Below, piece after piece: positions 10,777-21,207 of a stretch of DNA of 64,000 nucleotides; positions within the stretch are counted from its first letter, which is position 1, and every line of letters begins with the position of its first letter. A model generated the notes under the pieces. That model searched no databases and had not been told where the DNA came from. It saw nothing but the letters and a program-made list of their open reading frames with translations. Source of the DNA: an uncultured Bacteroidota bacterium (GTDB lineage Bacteria > Bacteroidota > Bacteroidia > Flavobacteriales > Flavobacteriaceae); NCBI GenBank assembly GCA_902626365.1, contig CACOFE010000004.1, positions 14,267 through 78,266 of the forward strand, given 5' to 3'. The position numbers were made by a program, and so were the translations under genes.

Positions 10777-11980
10777 TTTAGAAAAAACATATAACTATTT
10801 AGCTGCTTTAATTTGCGTTTCCATTCCATTTATGACATATGCCAAGGCGTTTGTTAATATATGTATGATATGTCTTTTTTTAATTATGGTTGTTTCATAT
10901 AATAAAGACAAGGTAATCAATATAATTAATCAGAAATTTTTTAAAGCCCTTGCCATATTTTTAATCTTCATTGTTATTTACTCGTTGTTTAATGGTTCTT
11001 TTTTTGATGATTTTCCAGAGTCACGTAAAATCGCCCAAATAATATTATTACTTATTTTATTTTCATTTGTAAATGATAAAAGATTTTTAATTTATGGGTT
11101 TATCTCGGGGGTTTTAGTAAGCAGCTTGATAACAGACCTGAACATTGTTGCCTACTACTTTAACTCATCGGATCTTTTAATTTCAAAATCCTCGGTAGAA
11201 GACTTATTTATTACCCAAAGATTATACTTAGGTTTTTTCGTTGTAATTTCAATTGTCTTATTATCATTTTTATTTCGAACAAGTAATAGAAATAAACAAA
11301 AGGTTTTTTGTGCCTTGCTAATTCTGTTTTTTATATTCACCTTGTTTTTAATTTCCTCAAGAAGCGCACTATTAATTGCATTTTTGATTTTTTTAATTAC
11401 AATTATTTACGAATCAAAATCGGTTTTTACCATCGTTGTTATGCTTGCATCACTTGTAATTTTCTCAGCAATTATTTTAACAAACAAAAACTTATCAAAC
11501 AGGTTTTTGTATTCACAGGATTCCGTAAGGACATCTTTTATTGAAAAGATTAAAACTCATGAACCAAGATATGATATATGGAGGTTTTCACTACAAATCT
11601 TCGAAGAGCAAAATTTAGGCTTGTTCGGTTTGGGAACTTACAAGACACAAGAATTATTAGTTGAAAAATACAAGCTAATGCCAATCGATAAAAGAAAAAA
11701 TTGGTTTATCCAAAGAAATTTTAACACCCACAACCAATACATAGACATTATACTTTCTTTTGGATTTATTGGCCTTATTTTATTTACTGTCTTTTTAAGA
11801 GAAATTGTGCTAACAACCTACAAGAACATCTATTCGCTCAACCTAATTTTAAGTCTGATACTGTTTTTAGTGATTGAAAATTTATTTCACAGACAGCTAG
11901 GATCATTTATTTTGCCCTTAACAATAGTTACAGCGGTTTATATAATCAATTCACAAAATGAAAAAGATACTAGTAGCTGA
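10766..11980 (+). CDS. second O-antigen polymerase/ligase-like polytopic membrane protein
   Basis: 404 aa with about 10 TM helices. Contains LISSRSALLIAF and a loop carrying NTHNQY. Not visibly a recent duplicate of 8601..9974. Confidence 0.55.
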   Translation: MNFNLEKTYNYLAALICVSIPFMTYAKAFVNICMICLFLIMVVSYNKDKVINIINQKFFKALAIFLIFIVIYSLFNGSFFDDFPESRKIAQIILLLILFSFVNDKRFLIYGFISGVLVSSLITDLNIVAYYFNSSDLLISKSSVEDLFITQRLYLGFFVVISIVLLSFLFRTSNRNKQKVFCALLILFFIFTLFLISSRSALLIAFLIFLITIIYESKSVFTIVVMLASLVIFSAIILTNKNLSNRFLYSQDSVRTSFIEKIKTHEPRYDIWRFSLQIFEEQNLGLFGLGTYKTQELLVEKYKLMPIDKRKNWFIQRNFNTHNQYIDIILSFGFIGLILFTVFLREIVLTTYKNIYSLNLILSLILFLVIENLFHRQLGSFILPLTIVTAVYIINSQNEKDTSS

Positions 11981-13049
11981 TTGGCTTGATAAATATGGTG
12001 GCGCCGAAAGGGTTTTAACAGTCTTAAACAGGCAATATGATTTTGAAAAATGTTATACCCTAATTAACATAATGTCAAACAATGATCTTGCAAAGGTTTT
12101 TCAAGATAAACAGGTTCAAATTATTGAATCTAATTTAAAATTTTTGAAGTCGAATTTTAGATACCTGTTTTTTTTATTTCCTTATTTCATTTCAAAATTT
12201 GAGAATGACAAAGACAATAAATTGATTATATCTTCCTCTTTTTCGGTTGCCAAAGGTTTTAAAAAGAAAACAGGTCAAATACATATTTGTTATTATCAGG
12301 CAAGAAACCAGAGGTATATTTGGGATAATGAGAAAATTTATTTTTCATCTTGGCAAAGGTTAATTTTGACCCCTCTTTTAAAATTGTTACGTCACATTGA
12401 TATTAACCACTCTAAAAGACCAGACTATATAATTGCAAATTCTCATTTTGTAAAAAATTGGATTAAAAAAACATATAATATTGATTCAAAGGTCATATAT
12501 CCACCAGTTGATACTAACTTGTTTAAACTGGTAAAAGAAAAAAAAGATTATTTCATTACAACAGCACGATTAGAGCCTTACAAAAGAGTTGATTTATTGG
12601 TTAAAGCCTTTAATCGTTCTAAAGAGACACTATATGTAGTTGGAGATGGGTCAATGAAGAATAGATTAAAAAAAATTTCCAATTCTAACATAAGGTTTTT
12701 TGATTTTCTTGAACCATCTGAGGTCATGAAATTAGTTAGCAAGGCAAAAGCATTTGTTCACGCAGGCATAGAAGATTTTGGGATAGCTCCGGTAGAGGCT
12801 CAATCTACGGGAACCCCAGTAATAGCATATAATATGGGCGGTCTTTCAGAAACAGTAGTTGAAGGAAAAACAGGAGTATTTTTTAATTCTCAGTCGGTTG
12901 ATGCAATTTTAGAAGCATTAATACGTTTTAAAAAGATTGAATTTGATTATGAGGCTATTAGTATTCACGCTGACCAATTTTCAGAGAAAAATTTTGCAAC
13001 AAATATTCGAAATTATATTGATTTAAAATTAAAAGAAAAAGTTTTCTAA
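11958..13049 (+). CDS. family 4 (GT-B) glycosyltransferase
   Basis: C-terminal EX7E region EDFGIAPVEAQSTGTPVIAYNMGGLSETV. Confidence 0.85.
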   Translation: MKKILVADWLDKYGGAERVLTVLNRQYDFEKCYTLINIMSNNDLAKVFQDKQVQIIESNLKFLKSNFRYLFFLFPYFISKFENDKDNKLIISSSFSVAKGFKKKTGQIHICYYQARNQRYIWDNEKIYFSSWQRLILTPLLKLLRHIDINHSKRPDYIIANSHFVKNWIKKTYNIDSKVIYPPVDTNLFKLVKEKKDYFITTARLEPYKRVDLLVKAFNRSKETLYVVGDGSMKNRLKKISNSNIRFFDFLEPSEVMKLVSKAKAFVHAGIEDFGIAPVEAQSTGTPVIAYNMGGLSETVVEGKTGVFFNSQSVDAILEALIRFKKIEFDYEAISIHADQFSEKNFATNIRNYIDLKLKEKVF

Positions 13050-14407
13050 TGGTAAAAAAGTATGCAGGGAGATATTCAAAATATCTAAGACCAATTTCAA
13101 TAATATTTGATTTGTTGGTAGTTAGTTCTTTTGTCTATTTGTTTTTGGACCAAAGTCTATTTAAGGTCGTTCCAATACTTGTTTTTTCTGCACTTTGGAT
13201 AATTTCTGCATTTATAACAAAATTTTATGAAGTATATAGGTTTACCAAGTTGATTAGAATAATATCATTTATTTTTTATCAGTTATTATTATTTTCAATT
13301 TTAGTTTTTGCTTTTTTTGGGGTAGTTCAAAGCCCAACGCCTGGATTATCACAAACCTTAGTGTTTTTGCTGTATACATTTATCATAATTTCATTATTCA
13401 AGCTTACGCTGTTTTATGCTTTACAAAGCTATAGGTTAGGTTTTGGGGGAAACTTTAGGAAGACAATAATAATAGGAAATGATGAGTCGGTATCAGAACT
13501 AAAAGAATTTTTTATTAATCAAAAGGAATTAGGCTATGAGAATAGAAGGACTTTTAAATTTAACCATCCTTCGGACTTAAACCTAGAGGAGTGTTTTGAT
13601 TTTATTCTTACTAGAAATATTGATGAAGTTTACTGTTCAGCAAATGAATTAGATGAAAGTCAAATTAGTCTTTTAATTACATTTTGTGAAAACAATTTTA
13701 AAATTTTAAAATTTATTTCAAAAAGAGGCGGTCTATTATCAAAAAAATTAAAAACTGATACATATGGCCTATCAACTGTTCAGTCATTAAGAGAAATGCC
13801 GCTATCTAATGACTTTAACACAATTTTAAAACGGACTTTTGATATTGTTTTTTCGCTAGTCGTAATTATTTTTTTACTATCATGGATTACACCAATCATA
13901 GGTTTGATAATAAAAATTGAGAGTCGAGGACCAGTGTTCTTTAAACAAACCAGAAATGGAATAAAGTTCAGAGAGTTTACTTGTTATAAGTTTAGATCAA
14001 TGATAGAAAATAACGATGCAGATATTCAGCAGGCGACTAAAAATGATAAGAGGGTGACCAAAATCGGAAAAATTTTAAGAAAAACAAGCCTTGACGAACT
14101 ACCACAATTTTTTAATGTATTAATCGGCAATATGTCTGTCGTTGGACCAAGACCCCACATGATTAAAGAAAATGAAAGATACTCAAAGTCAGTCGACAAG
14201 TTTATGGTTCGCCACTTTGTAAAACCTGGGATTACAGGATTGGCGCAGGTCAAAGGATTTAGAGGAGAAATTGAAACAGATGAAGATATAATAAACAGGG
14301 TAAAATATGACATTTATTATTTAGAAAACTGGTCTTTAATCTTGGATTTAAATATTGTATTTTTGACAACAATTAATTTTTTAACTGGCCAAAAAAAGGC
14401 ATATTAA
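13049..14407 (+). CDS. undecaprenyl-phosphate sugar phosphotransferase (WbaP/EpsL-type initiating transferase)
   Basis: N-terminal TM bundle plus a C-terminal bacterial sugar transferase domain: RGPVFFKQTRNG, DELPQFFNVLIGNMSVVGPRP, PGITGLAQV. Confidence 0.9.
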   Translation: MVKKYAGRYSKYLRPISIIFDLLVVSSFVYLFLDQSLFKVVPILVFSALWIISAFITKFYEVYRFTKLIRIISFIFYQLLLFSILVFAFFGVVQSPTPGLSQTLVFLLYTFIIISLFKLTLFYALQSYRLGFGGNFRKTIIIGNDESVSELKEFFINQKELGYENRRTFKFNHPSDLNLEECFDFILTRNIDEVYCSANELDESQISLLITFCENNFKILKFISKRGGLLSKKLKTDTYGLSTVQSLREMPLSNDFNTILKRTFDIVFSLVVIIFLLSWITPIIGLIIKIESRGPVFFKQTRNGIKFREFTCYKFRSMIENNDADIQQATKNDKRVTKIGKILRKTSLDELPQFFNVLIGNMSVVGPRPHMIKENERYSKSVDKFMVRHFVKPGITGLAQVKGFRGEIETDEDIINRVKYDIYYLENWSLILDLNIVFLTTINFLTGQKKAY

Positions 14408-14420
14408 ATTTTAAAACTTA

Positions 14421-15692
14421 ATGAACGTATTAATATTGGGCTCTGGGGGTAGAGAGCATGCTTTTGCTTATAAAATCAGACAAAGCTTATTGTGTAAAAA
14501 TTTATATGTAGCGCCTGGAAATTCCGGAACTAGTAAAATAGCATCCAATTTAGAAATCCAAGTGAATCAATTTGAACAAATAGCAGAAGCTATTAAAAAT
14601 TTAAATATCTCATTGGTGGTTGTTGGTCCTGAGGTGCCTTTAGTGAATGGGTTGACAGATTTTATAAAAGGTAATAAGGATTTAAAGGATACAATTGTGA
14701 TAGGCCCAAACAAGCATGCTGCTCAGCTTGAAGGAAGTAAGGATTTTGCTAAGGATTTTTTAAACAGACATAATATTCCAACTGCTTCACATAAAACTTT
14801 TACCGCTGAAAATATTAATGATGCATTTTTTTATATAGATGAAATGAAAGCTCCTTATGTACTAAAAGCGGATGGATTAGCAGCAGGAAAAGGAGTTTTA
14901 ATAATTGATAACCCTGATGAAGCAAAAAATGAAATTCATGAAATGTTGATAAATTCAAAGTTTGGAGATGCTAGCAAGAGTGTTGTTGTCGAGGAGTTCT
15001 TAGACGGTATTGAATTGAGTTGTTTTGTAATCTCTGATGGCCAAGACTATAAGTTGTTGCCTAGTGCAAAGGATTATAAACGAATAGGTGAAGGAGATAC
15101 TGGGCTAAACACTGGAGGAATGGGAGCTGTTTCACCTCCGACTTTTTTAACAAAAGAGTTTACAGAAAAAGTTGAACAACAAGTAATTCAACCAACTATT
15201 GAAGGTTTTAAAAAAGACAACATAAATTATCAAGGGTTTATATTTTTTGGGCTCATTAAAGTTAATGATGATCCTTATGTAATTGAATATAATGTAAGAA
15301 TGGGTGATCCTGAATCAGAAGTAGTTTTACCAAGAATAAAATCTGACTTATTAGAGCTTTTATATGCTGCAGGCAACGGCAATTTGAAAGATCATAATAT
15401 TATTATTGACGATAAAAAAGCAGCAACAGTTTTTTTGGTTTCAGGCGGTTATCCAGAGCAATATGAAAAAAACAAGGAAATCTTTGGTTTAGATTCAGTT
15501 GTAGATTCTCTGGTTTTTCACGCGGGAGCGAAGTGTGAAGATGCAAAAGTCAAAACAAATGGAGGAAGGGTAATAGCTGTAACTTCAATGGGAAATTCAG
15601 TACAAGAAGCTTTAGAAAAATCCTATAATTCAATAAAAAAGATAAGTTTTGAAAAAATGTACTATAGAAAAGATATAGGATTTGACTTATAA
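14421..15692 (+). CDS. purD: phosphoribosylamine--glycine ligase
   Basis: MNVLILGSGGREHAFAYK N-terminus, ATP-grasp core ADGLAAGKGV, and EYNVRMGDPE. Confidence 0.95.
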   Translation: MNVLILGSGGREHAFAYKIRQSLLCKNLYVAPGNSGTSKIASNLEIQVNQFEQIAEAIKNLNISLVVVGPEVPLVNGLTDFIKGNKDLKDTIVIGPNKHAAQLEGSKDFAKDFLNRHNIPTASHKTFTAENINDAFFYIDEMKAPYVLKADGLAAGKGVLIIDNPDEAKNEIHEMLINSKFGDASKSVVVEEFLDGIELSCFVISDGQDYKLLPSAKDYKRIGEGDTGLNTGGMGAVSPPTFLTKEFTEKVEQQVIQPTIEGFKKDNINYQGFIFFGLIKVNDDPYVIEYNVRMGDPESEVVLPRIKSDLLELLYAAGNGNLKDHNIIIDDKKAATVFLVSGGYPEQYEKNKEIFGLDSVVDSLVFHAGAKCEDAKVKTNGGRVIAVTSMGNSVQEALEKSYNSIKKISFEKMYYRKDIGFDL

Positions 15693-15914
15693 ATAATCAT
15701 GGGCGGTGATTGTCATATCTTCCTCTTCATTATCGTCAAATTTTTTAAGTTGAACCATCCAATAACAAAAAGCAGCTGTTCCAATTGCGGTAAAAACCCA
15801 GGCCATGATATTTGCAAGCCACCAATTATAGTCGCCAACTTCTCTTAGGACGTCAAAGGGTATAAAAAAATAATTAACAAAAAGATTTTCAATACCGTAA
15901 AAGATCTCTTTCAT
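15687..15914 (-). CDS. small conserved membrane protein, unknown function
   Basis: 75 aa with hydrophobic segments and an acidic C-tail. No alternative gene covers the interval. Confidence 0.5.
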   Translation of the reverse strand: MKEIFYGIENLFVNYFFIPFDVLREVGDYNWWLANIMAWVFTAIGTAAFCYWMVQLKKFDDNEEEDMTITAHDYL

Positions 15915-15957
15915 TGTGAATCATATTTATTTACTTTGCAAATATACAAATCTTTAA

Positions 15958-16857
15958 ATGATAATAAGGTTTTTTAAATTCACAAAATTAGCACAAGTAA
16001 TTGTTGCAATATCCGTTTCATTTATAGTCGTGTTTTTGCTTAGAAATAAAAATATATTGACTGAGGATTTATATTCTCAAATTTGTATTTGCTCTATATT
16101 TCTTTTGTCTCTTTTTATCATTTCAAAAAACTCAATTTTAAAAAACAATCATTACATAACCCTTGGTTTAATATTATTTTCTGGAGTTTACTTAAAAATG
16201 CCAAGTGATTTAAAGATTACTTTGTCATATTTTTTCTTATTATTGGCTGTAAGAAAAATATACAGCTTAAAGTCAAACAAAAATCTTAATAAGAAGTTAT
16301 TTGATATTGGATTTTGGTTTTCTATTTCAACATTTTTACACGAAATAAATATTCTCTTTTTCATAACAATCTTTTCAGGCTCATATATGTTTTACAAATT
16401 AAATTTAGAAGACTTTTTTAAAATTTTAATTGGATACATTACAGCATTTTTAATCATATTTGTTTTAACAAACCTAATAACCGGCATTGAATTGTCAGTT
16501 AATTCCTTTATCGAATATATAGATTTGGTTTGGATAAGATTTAGCTCTGTAAAAGCTATATTAAATGCTAGTTTTTACCATTGGTTTTTTGCTCTTACCT
16601 GCTCATTAATATTCATTTATTACAGTTTTAAATTCTTTGGCAATAATTTGACTGAAAGAATAAAAAACCTGTTTCTTTTTATCTTTTTTTTAAATTCAAT
16701 CTTTTTGGCTTTTTTAATTAAAGAGTATTCTATTTTCTTATTTTTTCCATTTCTGGTAACTTTGATTAAAATAATTTCTGAACTAAGAGATAATTTGTTT
16801 TTTGAAGTAGTAATTTTAACAATTATTTTAATTAACTCTTATCCTTTTAATTTTTAA
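15958..16857 (+). CDS. polytopic membrane protein, unknown function
   Basis: 299 aa with about 8 TM segments and no recognisable motif. Confidence 0.6.
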   Translation: MIIRFFKFTKLAQVIVAISVSFIVVFLLRNKNILTEDLYSQICICSIFLLSLFIISKNSILKNNHYITLGLILFSGVYLKMPSDLKITLSYFFLLLAVRKIYSLKSNKNLNKKLFDIGFWFSISTFLHEINILFFITIFSGSYMFYKLNLEDFFKILIGYITAFLIIFVLTNLITGIELSVNSFIEYIDLVWIRFSSVKAILNASFYHWFFALTCSLIFIYYSFKFFGNNLTERIKNLFLFIFFLNSIFLAFLIKEYSIFLFFPFLVTLIKIISELRDNLFFEVVILTIILINSYPFNF

Positions 16858-16870
16858 AAACAAACCAACA

Positions 16871-17257
16871 ATGAAAGTAGAGGTATCCAATGGTGAATTA
16901 CTCGATAAATTAACAATTTTAGAGTTAAAACTATCCAATATAAGTGATGTTAAAAAACTGACTAATATTCAAAAAGAACATGATGAATTAAACCCCTTAG
17001 CAGGTAAATTATTTGACTCATATGGTGAAGAACTTAAAAACCTATATAAACAATTGGCTGAAATAAATTCAGAATTGTGGACAATTGAAGATGACATCAG
17101 AGAGTGCGAGAGAAATAAAGACTTTGGATCTGATTTTGTAAGCCTGGCAAGAGCGGTTTATTTTACAAATGACAAAAGAAGTGAAATAAAAAAATCAATC
17201 AATTTACTTACAGGCTCTGGTTTTGTTGAAGAAAAGTCATATGAAGACTATGAATAA
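16871..17257 (+). CDS. small soluble helical protein, unknown function
   Basis: 128-aa charged, helical ORF in clean intergenic spacing, directly upstream of a GT9 gene. Confidence 0.55.
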   Translation: MKVEVSNGELLDKLTILELKLSNISDVKKLTNIQKEHDELNPLAGKLFDSYGEELKNLYKQLAEINSELWTIEDDIRECERNKDFGSDFVSLARAVYFTNDKRSEIKKSINLLTGSGFVEEKSYEDYE

Positions 17258-17281
17258 ATACTTTAAAAAAACCAATCTAAT

Positions 17282-18286
17282 TTGAGCAGCCATATATTAA
17301 TAATAAGACTATCGGCTTTTGGTGATGTTGCAATGACAGTACCGGCTATTAGTGTATTGAGAGACAACTATCCTGGGGTTAAAATTACCATTTTAACAAC
17401 TGAGTTTTTCTCTGCTTTATATAATCAAATTCCAAATATTAATTTTCTCTTTTTTAAACCTAAACACAAAAGCATTTATGGCTTGTTTCGTCTTTCAAGA
17501 CAAATCAGCCAGATAAATCCACACCTTATAATTGATTTACACGATGTTTTAAGAACTAAAATTCTAAGAATGTTTTTAGCATATAAATTCAACAGAATCT
17601 TAGTCATAGACAAAGGAAGAAAAGAAAAAAAATCTTTGATTAATGGGTCAATCTTTAGAAGGCTAAAACTTATGCATCAAAGATATGCCGATGTTTTTTC
17701 TTTAGAAGAAATGAATATTAACTTAGAACTATTTAAAACTTATAGCAAGATTAATATTAATGATAAAGTTCATGAATTTGATTTAAATAAAACATTAATT
17801 GGTATTGCTCCTTTTGCTGGGCATAATTGTAAAGAATATTCATTAGTAAATATTTTGAAGCTAATTGATTTAATCGGCCCTAGCTGTCAAATTTTGATTT
17901 TTGGGGCTCCTGGTGAGGAAGAAAAAAAGATAAAAAAGATTTCTGAAGAAAAAACTAACTCATATATAATTTCCTCCAATTATTCTCTTAGTGAGCAGAT
18001 GGCCGTCATATCGAATCTTGATGTTATGATATCGATGGATTCTGCAAATGGCCATATTGCTTCTTTATTTGGAGTAAATGTCATCACTGTTTGGGGCGCA
18101 ACACACCCTTTCACAGGCTACAGCCCATTTAATCAGCCAGAGAAAAACTCAATTATCCCGGATTTAAAAAAATTCCCAAAAGTTCCAGTGACTATATATG
18201 GGTCAAAATGTCCTAAAGATTATGTTAATGCGATTAACTCTATACGACCAGAAATAATATTTAAAAGAGTTAACGAGATAATTTAA
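17282..18286 (+). CDS. family 9 glycosyltransferase (heptosyltransferase-like)
   Basis: TTG start. N-terminal ILIIRLSAFGDVAMTVP is typical of GT9. C-terminal MDSANGHIA region. Confidence 0.8.
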   Translation: MSSHILIIRLSAFGDVAMTVPAISVLRDNYPGVKITILTTEFFSALYNQIPNINFLFFKPKHKSIYGLFRLSRQISQINPHLIIDLHDVLRTKILRMFLAYKFNRILVIDKGRKEKKSLINGSIFRRLKLMHQRYADVFSLEEMNINLELFKTYSKININDKVHEFDLNKTLIGIAPFAGHNCKEYSLVNILKLIDLIGPSCQILIFGAPGEEEKKIKKISEEKTNSYIISSNYSLSEQMAVISNLDVMISMDSANGHIASLFGVNVITVWGATHPFTGYSPFNQPEKNSIIPDLKKFPKVPVTIYGSKCPKDYVNAINSIRPEIIFKRVNEII

Positions 18287-18567
18287 ATATCATCAGCATC
18301 AAGATAAATTTCTTCAGAAGTAGGATAAGCCTGACATGTAATGATTAAACCCTCATCGATTTCACTGTCAGTAAGAATATAGTTTTGCTCTAAATTTACA
18401 GTTCCTGTTTTAAGTCTTCCAATGCAGGTGGCACATGCACCGCCTCTACAAGAATACGGAGCATCAACATCATTTTCAACTGCAGAGTCTAAAAGTGTTT
18501 TATTTTCATTACCCTCGAAAGAGGTTTCCATCCCATCAACCTTAAAAGTTATTTTGATCACTCCCAT
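18283..18567 (-). CDS. plant-type [2Fe-2S] ferredoxin
   Basis: Cys pattern YSCRGGACATCIGRL ... ITCQAYP (CX4CX2C...C). Confidence 0.9.
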   Translation of the reverse strand: MGVIKITFKVDGMETSFEGNENKTLLDSAVENDVDAPYSCRGGACATCIGRLKTGTVNLEQNYILTDSEIDEGLIITCQAYPTSEEIYLDADDI

Positions 18568-18621
18568 AATTATATTTATTTACGAATTTAAATATTTTCA
18601 ATATCATAATAAAAAGATGAC

Positions 18622-18629
18622 TATTTTTG
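18622..18629 (+). promoter_or_regulatory. candidate Bacteroidota -7 box (TATTTTTG) upstream of the SprE-like gene
   Basis: Exact match to TAnnTTTG, 58 nt before the TTG start at 18688. Confidence 0.3.
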
Positions 18630-18687
18630 TGAAATGCACAATATCATCAGATATATTCTGTTTTAATCTAACAATTAGGCCAATAAA

Positions 18688-21201
18688 TTGAAAAAATTAT
18701 TTACAAACATCTCAATACTTTTTTTACTTTCTTTGATCGTCATAGGATGTTCAAGGAAAAAAGATAAATTTTTAAATAAAAATTTTCATTCTCTTACAAC
18801 TAAGTATAATTTTCTTTTTAATGGTAACAATTTATATGCCGAAGGCTTGGTTGATTTAGAAAATGATTTAAAAGAGAATTTTTGGACTTTATTGCCAATA
18901 GAAAAATTTAAGTTTTACGACCTGGACGATGAAGAACGCGAAACGAATTTCACAAAAGCTGAAGAAAAAGCTACTTTGGCAATTCAAAAACATTCTATGA
19001 ATGTTGACGGTAAAGAAAGAAATCCAATTATGGACCAGGCATATTTTCTGCTAGGAAAATCAAGATATTTTGATAACAGATTTATACCAGCCTTAGAAGC
19101 ATTTAACTATATTTTATATAAGTACCCAACCAGTCAATATATTAATAAGGTTAAAATTTGGAAGGAAAAAATTAATATTCGACTCGATCAAAATAAATTT
19201 GCAATTGACAATTTAAAAGAATTACTAGAGGAAGATAATCTTTTGATTGAAGAAAGATCCTTGGCAAATTCTTATTTAGCTCAAGCTTTTATTAATGTAG
19301 AACAAATCGATAGCGCATCTTATTATTTGAAAAGATCAAACCAGCAATTTAAAGATTTAAAGAATAATCCAAGAAAAACATTTTTACTGGCTCAGCTTTA
19401 TCAAGACTTATCGATTAACGATACTGCTTATGACATTTACTCAGAAATTATTAATCTGAACAGAAAAATTCCAAGAAAATTTTACATACAGTCATACATA
19501 AATAGATCAAGCACCTCAGATTCTATTGACAATTCAATTTTAGAATTAAAAGAATTAGTAGAAAATTTTGAAAACAACAACTTTCTAGATATTATTTATC
19601 ATCAAATAGCAATGCTCAATCTTAAAAAAAATTATTCAAAGATAATCCTGAAAGATTCTTTAAAAAGATCAAATGATTCGCTAGCAGTATTTTATTTTAA
19701 TAAATCACTTAGATCAGACCCAGACGACGAAATTTTAATCGCAAAAAATTATAATGAATTAGCTGAATTAAACTTTAGAAATAAAGATTATTTACAGGCA
19801 GGTCTTTATTATGATAGCACTTTAAGCGAGCTAAACAGTAGGACGAGGAAGTTTAAAAAAATAAAGAGAAAAAGAGAAAATTTAAACGATTTAATTTTCT
19901 ATGAAACTATTGCTATGGAGCTGGATAGCACCATTAAGGTAATTAATATGTCTGACGAAAAAAGGAAGTCTTACTTTAATAATTATGTATCCAAATTAAA
20001 AGATAAAGAAAAGAAGCAACAAAAAAAGAATAATAATTTAGGCTCATCAAATTCAATTACAACCCTTGTAGATTCTGAATCTGCTCTGTTTTATTTTTAT
20101 AATACTACAGCTGTTGCTTATGGAAAAAATGATTTTAAAAATAGATGGGGAAACAGAAGGCTAGAAGATAATTGGAGATGGTCAGCTTCTAGCATTAACA
20201 TAAAAGATAAAGAGTCTTTAGATCAAGTCAATACTATAAACAAGGATAGTATTTTTTCTGTGGATTACTATTTAGGTTTAATCCCAAAAGATCCAAGTTT
20301 GATTGATAGTATAAATCAAAGAAGGAATGATGCTTATTTTAGACTAGGGTCTATTTATAAAGATCAGTTTGATGAATATCAAATTTCAAATGAGAAGCTT
20401 TTTGGACTACTTGAAAATAAACCAAGTGAAGACTTAATACCTCCATCGAAATATTTCATCTATAAGAATTTTTTGTCTCTCGATTCAGTCATTAAAGCCG
20501 AAGAATATAGACAAGATATTATTGTAAATCACCGAAATTCAAAATATGCTGAGATATTGCTGGACCCAACCGCTGTTTCAAAAGAAAAGCAGAATTCTAA
20601 TGCAATTTATGAGAAATTATATCTTGATTTTAATGAACAAAAGTATATTCAAGTTATAGATGATTGCAATCAATATATTTTAAATTTTAACGGGGAACCA
20701 ATAGTTCCTAAATTGGAATTTTTAAAAGCTTTAGCCATTGCAAGAGTTTATGGGTTTAAAGAATATGAAAAAGCTTTAACTTTTATTAAGTTAAATTATT
20801 CTACCACGATTGAGGGAAAAGAAGCAGAATTAATTTTAGACGAGGTGTTGCCTGCAGTTCAAAACGACAATTTCAAAAACAACAAAATGTCTGATAATTA
20901 TAAAATTATTTATCAATTTACTATGGAATCACATGATGAAATTTCAAGCCAGATTAATGATTTAAAACAATATATTGATAACGTTGATTATCTAGATCTT
21001 AGAGTGTCTAAAGATTTTTACAATAATATTATTACATTTGTTGTTGTACATGGTCTAAAGAGTTATGATGGAAGTTTAGGATTAGCGGAAAGACTTGAAA
21101 AAACCATAGATATTGAGGCAGATTCGTTTTTTGTACTATCATCTGATAATTATAAAACGATTCAAATACACAAAAATTTAGATAAGTTTGAAAAAAAATA
21201 A
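18688..21201 (+). CDS. sprE: TPR-repeat lipoprotein, SprE/PorW-like (T9SS/gliding-associated)
   Basis: TTG start, lipobox LIVIGC|S. The N-terminal NFHSLTTKYNFLFNGN motif matches my memory of SprE/PorW N-termini. 837 aa, TPR-like throughout. No alignment was run. Confidence 0.55.
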   Translation: MKKLFTNISILFLLSLIVIGCSRKKDKFLNKNFHSLTTKYNFLFNGNNLYAEGLVDLENDLKENFWTLLPIEKFKFYDLDDEERETNFTKAEEKATLAIQKHSMNVDGKERNPIMDQAYFLLGKSRYFDNRFIPALEAFNYILYKYPTSQYINKVKIWKEKINIRLDQNKFAIDNLKELLEEDNLLIEERSLANSYLAQAFINVEQIDSASYYLKRSNQQFKDLKNNPRKTFLLAQLYQDLSINDTAYDIYSEIINLNRKIPRKFYIQSYINRSSTSDSIDNSILELKELVENFENNNFLDIIYHQIAMLNLKKNYSKIILKDSLKRSNDSLAVFYFNKSLRSDPDDEILIAKNYNELAELNFRNKDYLQAGLYYDSTLSELNSRTRKFKKIKRKRENLNDLIFYETIAMELDSTIKVINMSDEKRKSYFNNYVSKLKDKEKKQQKKNNNLGSSNSITTLVDSESALFYFYNTTAVAYGKNDFKNRWGNRRLEDNWRWSASSINIKDKESLDQVNTINKDSIFSVDYYLGLIPKDPSLIDSINQRRNDAYFRLGSIYKDQFDEYQISNEKLFGLLENKPSEDLIPPSKYFIYKNFLSLDSVIKAEEYRQDIIVNHRNSKYAEILLDPTAVSKEKQNSNAIYEKLYLDFNEQKYIQVIDDCNQYILNFNGEPIVPKLEFLKALAIARVYGFKEYEKALTFIKLNYSTTIEGKEAELILDEVLPAVQNDNFKNNKMSDNYKIIYQFTMESHDEISSQINDLKQYIDNVDYLDLRVSKDFYNNIITFVVVHGLKSYDGSLGLAERLEKTIDIEADSFFVLSSDNYKTIQIHKNLDKFEKK

Positions 21202-21207
21202 TTTATT

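Noticed and set aside
14421-15692. purD as part of the polysaccharide locus
   Set aside because: It is a housekeeping purine gene with a complete motif set. Adjacency is best explained by compaction, and there is no functional link.
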